Assembly (NCBI RefSeq): GCF_963921235.1
Contig: NC_086118.1
Span: 22,136,001 to 22,196,000 of the forward strand
Source: Mobula hypostoma
Lineage: Eukaryota
Direction of reading: 5' to 3'
DNA length: 60,000 nt
In this document: piece after piece, positions 55,008-60,000 of the stretch
Layout of the letters: every line of letters starts with the position of its first letter
Position numbering within the stretch: the stretch's first letter is position 1
The notes under the pieces: model-generated
The model's database searches: none
Seen by the model: the letters and a program-made list of their open reading frames with translations, nothing else
Told to the model about the DNA's origin: nothing
Translations under genes and position numbers: made by a program

Positions 55008-55019
55008 GTCCCTCCTCTT
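55008..55019 (-). promoter_or_regulatory. Polypurine tract
   Basis: AAGAGGAGGGAC directly before the TG of the 3' LTR. Confidence 0.85.
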
Positions 55020-55665
55020 GACCCTCCTGGACAAAAAATTAAATTTGTACCAGATCTGCTCAAATAGGGCAGCAAAAATGCCCTGTCTCGAAATTCCATC
55101 CCCCCCCGCCCCCCGATTTTGTGTGCCTTGATATCTATCCTAGCATTCCCTAATCGGTACCTACCAAATGTTAAGCAGGGAGGCTGTTCCAAGTCTTTAG
55201 AAATGTGGCTCCTTCCATGTGCCTGTTGGCTCTTTCCCTGCAGGCTGACTGCAGCTTAATCACATTCCTTTGTCTTCTGCCCTTTATCCTCTGGTCTCTG
55301 AAACTCTCCTTCCAGGAGCACTCACAGGCTCTCTCATCAATGTACAGAAAGGGGTTGGGGTGGCCTCTACGTAAACATCTGCAAGGACCTCTCCCTGGTG
55401 GCACCCCCTTCCGAACTGTCCAGTCGATCACTGGCCCAACTGCTGAAAAGGGCCCAGCTCCTCAGACTGGGGGTGACTGCTTTCAGATGCCGTGTGCAGT
55501 CTGAAATGCCATCGAAGTGGTGGAACTTGCTGTCTCTGCTTCAACTCAAAAGTCCCTCCCCATCTATTTCCCAATAAATTTCTATACTATGCTATAAAAA
55601 TTAATCATCTACCTTCAGCAACCAGTTTTCTTTACAGAGTACCATCATCATCACACTTTAGCAGG

Positions 55666-57026
55666 CTATTCGTGGTTTTCCAACACGTTCTCAGTGTCTT
55701 CTGCCACGCTCTCGGCGTTTTCTGCCTTTGCGTTTTCTCCAGGTAAGTTTTCATCAGCTGTGGTCAGGTCTGCCATAGCCGGCTGGTGTTCCTCTCTTAG
55801 GTTCTCTGTAATTACATGGTTACTGGGTACACTTGGTTCTCTGCTCTGTCTGTGGGAGCAACAAGAGGGTGAGTTGTATGCTTTAACCTGAGTCCAGTGT
55901 TTCCACAGGCTGCCTCGCCGAGTCTGTACACAGACACATGTATCATTGGTTAAGAGTACTGTCTGTGGTCCTATCCACTTGGGGGCAAACCCTGGCCTTT
56001 CTGGCAGCACCCTCACCATAACTTGTTCGCTGGGCTGTGGAAGGACTATCCCCTTTCCCTCTGGCTCTCTCTGATCAGCGATTCGCTGCTGTTGTTTTGC
56101 TCGGTCCTTCAACACTTTAAGTTGGTTACAAAGGCCTTTCACATATTGGGTCATTCTATTCTGTAAGCCCCAGGCTCCTCGCAACCCGTAATTACCCCAT
56201 AAGGGTGTCGCATTGCTCGCCCCATCAATAATTCATAGGGGCTAAAACTCAAAGTGCAATTCGGGGTTGTGCGCAATCTCATCAGGATTCCTGGTAATAC
56301 ATCAACCCATGGCTTTCCTGTCTCAGCTATAGCTCTGGCTAACGCATTCTTGATTGTTCGGTTCATCCTTTCTACCATCCCTGAACTCTGGTGGTGGTAG
56401 GGTATGTGGAACCGTTGTCGAATCCCTAGCAGTCAGCACATTTCTTTCATCAGTTTCTCTGTGAAATGTGCTCCCTGATCTGAATCCACCTGAACTGGGG
56501 TTCCCTACCTTGGGAGGATTTCCTGAACAAGGATCCATGCAGCGGTGCGGGCTGTGCAGTCCCTTGTTGGGAAAGCCTCTACCCACAGGGTGAAGTGATC
56601 CATAATTACTAGACAGTAGTTTTCCCCCCTGCTTTTTGGCAGGGGCCCTGTGAAGTCTATCTGGATGTTTTCCCAGGGTCCCCTCGGCCGAGGCTGATTT
56701 GCCAGCTGTAGCTTTCTGCCCTTACCAGGATTATGTTGGGCACAAATGATACAACGGCAGCAGAATTTCTCAACATCCCTGCCCATCCCTGGCCACCACC
56801 AGTCCTGCCGGAGGGTTGTGATCATGCTCTGATGCATCACACCGTGATATAACTTTAGTAGTATCTGTCTAATACGGGGTGGGGCCACCGCGACTCTTTC
56901 CTCCCCATGTGTCCAGCACCCATCTGATCCCTCCTTTGCTCCTTTTCTCCTCCATTTTTCCTTCTCTTCTGCCTCTACCTCTTCATATAATTTCACTAAG
57001 CTGGCTTCTGTCGTTTCCTCCTGCAC
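55666..57026 (-). pseudogene. Retroviral-type integrase with stops and a frameshift
   Basis: HHCC (YHGVMH...CIIC), QIDFTGP, DSDQGAHF, GMVERMNRTIK, SPYELLMGR, and GPY/F-like PKWIGPQTV. Confidence 0.93.
55850..55875 (-). promoter_or_regulatory. Putative splice acceptor at the end of integrase
   Basis: CTCAC branch-like motif followed by CCTCTTGTTGCTCCCACAG|. Confidence 0.55.
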
Positions 57027-57209
57027 ACTTGCAATTTCAATTGCCTCTTGTTCCCCTGCTGTCTTATTCGCAGTAATGTCTGCCCTCGGAGGAACTGGGA
57101 AAACTTTATGTCCTGGAGTGGCCGCAGTCTCTCTGAGTATCCCCTGGTGTTTTGTGTTCCTTTGCTATACCCTGAACAGTGGTCAGTGTGTCAGTTTGTA
57201 TAAGGTCTT

Positions 57210-57789
57210 GCTTAGGGGGTTTATACAGACCCTCCTCTCCTTTAACTGGGTCTATCTTTACTTGACCACAATCTTGCTTGTGTTTAGCCCACACTGCTGG
57301 GAACTGCTGACAAGGTAACCCATAGACCCCATTCGGGCTGCAGTCTCTGATGATTGGGGCAGCTGCGACTACGCTAGGCAGGTTGTGTATTCTGCCGGTT
57401 GTATGTGTTCGCTGCCCCTGACTCGTCCATATTATTTCTCCCTTTCCTGAATCTATAACAGCTCCTGCTTCCCGTAGGATGTCTATTCCAAAGATCGTGC
57501 CCTCATTATTTGGACATACCCAGAAATATACTGGAAGCTGCACTCCCCCAATTTCTAGTATTTGCTTCTTGCTTCTTTCTGCTTTTACTGTTTTCTCTCC
57601 TACACCCCTGATAGAACTGGCCTGTCTGGTTGTTGGCAAGGGTAGGTCAGTTATCGATACTGATGCCCCTGTGTCCACTAACATATTGCATTGCCATCCC
57701 CCTAACAATGCCGTTGTGTACATCTGCGGGTCACCAGCACTGGCAGTGGAGCCCGCTGCCACATCTTTATCTGCCCTAAGAGGCGCCAT
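57210..57789 (-). pseudogene. Aspartic protease and RT N-terminal stub
   Basis: LVDTGASVS...IFGIDIL, then FPAVWAKHKQDCG...KPPKQ, after which RT similarity stops. Confidence 0.88.
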
Positions 57790-58705
57790 TACTAACTCTT
57801 TGATCTGATCGACAGTCAGACTGGTTGCTAATGGGGTGAGTGACTGGGTGCCTGCCGTGACCTTCGCCTGGGTTTTCCCCCTCCCTTTTGGACACTGTCT
57901 CTAGCCATGTCCCAATAGGCCACAGCTGCAGCATATCAACTCCTTCACCGTCTTAAATCTGGCCCGGCAGTCCCTTGCTAGGTGCCCTGGCTGCCGGCAA
58001 GAAAAACAAACTCTCCGGGACATCACAGTAGTTGCATTCACTATACTCACTTTACGATTTCTCTTGCCTTTTCTTTGGTCTATCTCACTGGCTCACAAAA
58101 CTATCGCAGAGTAGTCGGACCCCACAGTTAAGCCTAAATCTAAAACTTCCTGGTGGGTTGAGCTCAGGCCTTCCTTCAGCATTTTTAGAAAGACTAGGTC
58201 GTCCCTCCCTGGATTATCCAACCCGGAGTACTCCTCGTACACTTGATATTTAGGTTTTGCATAATTCATGGCTGTCTCATCAACACTTTTTGAATCACTG
58301 CCATTATCGTTCCCCAGCTACTCTCGCCTCCCACCAGTCACTACCTCACTGCCCCTTTAAAAGAGTGATATCTTTCTTCATTACTGGCACTCCTGGTAGT
58401 TGCCCATGTACCATTCCTCACCCGCTGGGCCATACTGTCCCACATACTCCTTGGGCACTTTGCTTTCACTAACACATGTATATCTTTAGGGTGCATCTGG
58501 TGAATTTCAACCATTTCCTCGAGTTTACGCGAGAATTCTGAATTGTCACAGGCGACTTTAAGTGAGGGGAACTCAGACAAGATGTTCTGTTTCTCCCCGG
58601 GGGTGAAGGGCTTATGAATGGTCGTAATCAAAGTCAAGGGCTGGCTCAGATCATCAGGGTTCTCAACCTGGCATCGTCTGACCTCAATAGATACCATTCT
58701 AGTAG
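57790..58705 (-). pseudogene. gag, frameshifted, with two CCHC zinc knuckles
   Basis: CFSCRQPGHLARDC and CCSCGLLGHG*RQC at ~57890-58010; upstream helical region KPFTPGEKQNILSEFP. Confidence 0.8.
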
Positions 58706-59142
58706 ATCTATCTGGATAAAACCTCTCCCTGAGATAGCAAACTATCAAAGGTGGGTAGCAGTTAAACAGTACAAACTTAAAACCGCAGAGTATGTATTCC
58801 ACAATCTGCCACTTTTGAGTACCCGAACTCATGATGCCTGCTGTATTCCTTTGCACCACACTTGCAAACGCATACACTAAAATGCAGCTCCCGGAACGAG
58901 TATACACACCCCTACTCTGGCATCTCGAACCATACCATTGGTTACCACCTTTCGCAGCTGGTGGTCCAAGTCTCACCAAGTTAACCAAGTTAACATGCAA
59001 AGATTCCTCTTATATAAACATACATGCACACACACACACTACTTTTATATCTACCAGTTCAGCTTTCCGCGTTCGTGATACCTCGTGTTCCTGTGTACCA
59101 CCGACCGAACAGATCCAAGTTTGAGTGTTATTTTAGAAAATT

Positions 59143-59151
59143 ACTCACCAA
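59143..59151 (-). promoter_or_regulatory. Putative major splice donor
   Basis: TTG|GTGAGT about 45 nt after the PBS; GTGAGT is conserved in the related leader at 2745-2750. Confidence 0.6.
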
Positions 59152-59194
59152 CTTAGACTGCTGGGAACGTTGGCCACATGACAGGTCACGAAGC

Positions 59195-59212
59195 ATCCCA
59201 CTCCTGACACCA
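59195..59212 (-). promoter_or_regulatory. Primer-binding site for tRNA-Leu(CAG)
   Basis: TGGTGTCAGGAGTGGGAT is 18/18 complementary to the vertebrate tRNA-Leu-CAG 3' end (ATCCCACTCCTGACACCA); 2 nt from the LTR. Confidence 0.92.
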
Positions 59213-59214
59213 AA

Positions 59215-59608
59215 TGTTGTAGGGTGGATGAAATCACCAGAGAGACAGAGTCACTGGTAGATATAAAGCAGCTTCTTTATTCGACACAACAAGGTACAGT
59301 AGGTATCATACAGACGGAGATGCTTGTGGTAGAAAGGTCTGCTAGATCAATGTGGGCTCAATATTTATATGCTGAACACAAAGGCAATCGCTACTTAAAA
59401 AGTTATAGACAATACATAGACAATGCTTCCTTTTGAAGCTACATACAAAACATCTCACCTTCTGACTTCAACCTTTCCTTCCGATGCCAACATGTCTGGG
59501 TTGGTATCCACAGCCTTTAGGAATGCAAGTTAAATCCACAATACATTTATTGGGAATTTTACGTGCTAACATAGAGGACAATTTATATCATAAAGTATAG
59601 ATAATACT
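59215..59608 (-). repeat. 5' LTR, interrupted in U3 by an RTE LINE
   Basis: Roughly 90% similar by eye to 54441-54823; similarity stops at ~59608. Confidence 0.92.
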
Positions 59609-59611
59609 TTA

Positions 59612-60000
59612 TAATATTGATATCCAAAAAGAAAGAGAATCCTATCTGCAGGTTGAGAATAAACGGGGAAGACATAAAACAAGTACAGAATTTTTGCTAC
59701 TTAGGAAGCTGGGTGACATCAGATGGCAGGTGCGACTTGGACGTTAAAAAAGGAATAGGGATGGCGAAAGACACCTTTACAAGAATGAAGAGTGTACTGA
59801 CCAATACTAAACTAGGCATGATAACCCGCCTCAGAGTACTGAAATGTTAAGTTTATCCAGTTATCTTATATGGCTCAGAATGTTGGACAATATCTAGTAA
59901 CATGAGGAAACGAATTGTAGCAGCAGAGATGTGGTTTTTGAGGAGGATGCAAAGAATATCATGGATGAAACGAATATCTAATGAGGATGTCATGAACAGA
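59612..60000 (+). mobile_element. RTE-clade LINE, 5'-truncated, runs off the window
   Basis: IKQVQNFCYLGSWVTSDGRC...LYGSECWTI...AAEMWFLRRMQRISW. Confidence 0.88.

Larger units (their letters stand above)
54441..59608 (-). mobile_element. Endogenous retrovirus-like provirus lacking RT/RNase H and env
   Basis: Two LTRs, PBS, PPT, gag, protease and integrase in retroviral order. Confidence 0.92.

Noticed and set aside
55020..55660. env gene
   Set aside because: Too short, with no signal peptide, CX6CC motif or transmembrane anchor
59195..59212. tRNA-Leu gene
   Set aside because: Only 18 nt including CCA next to an LTR, so it is a PBS and not a tRNA gene

Overview
Eukaryotic, AT-rich and very transposon-dense DNA. 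The repeat set (CR1, Rex1/Babar and RTE LINEs, Penelope-like elements, Gypsy, Tc1, SINEs) points to a cartilaginous fish, most likely a ray; this is inferred from repeat content only. No host protein-coding gene, rRNA, tRNA or CRISPR array can be supported, and the recognisable ORFs in the track are transposon remnants. The most notable object is a ~5.2 kb retrovirus-like provirus on the minus strand (54441-59608). It has paired LTRs, a perfect tRNA-Leu primer-binding site (PBS), and gag with two zinc knuckles in frame with protease and an integrase. It lacks RT/RNase H and env, yet keeps a splice donor/acceptor pair leading to an unknown 3' ORF region. Three related LTRs lie elsewhere in the window: one has a perfect 5-bp target-site duplication (TSD), and one has the same leader but a tRNA-Pro-like PBS. 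Also present are about seven Penelope-type minimal hammerhead ribozyme motifs, two decayed Gypsy elements and several nested insertions. Boundaries of decayed LINE/SINE fragments are approximate.
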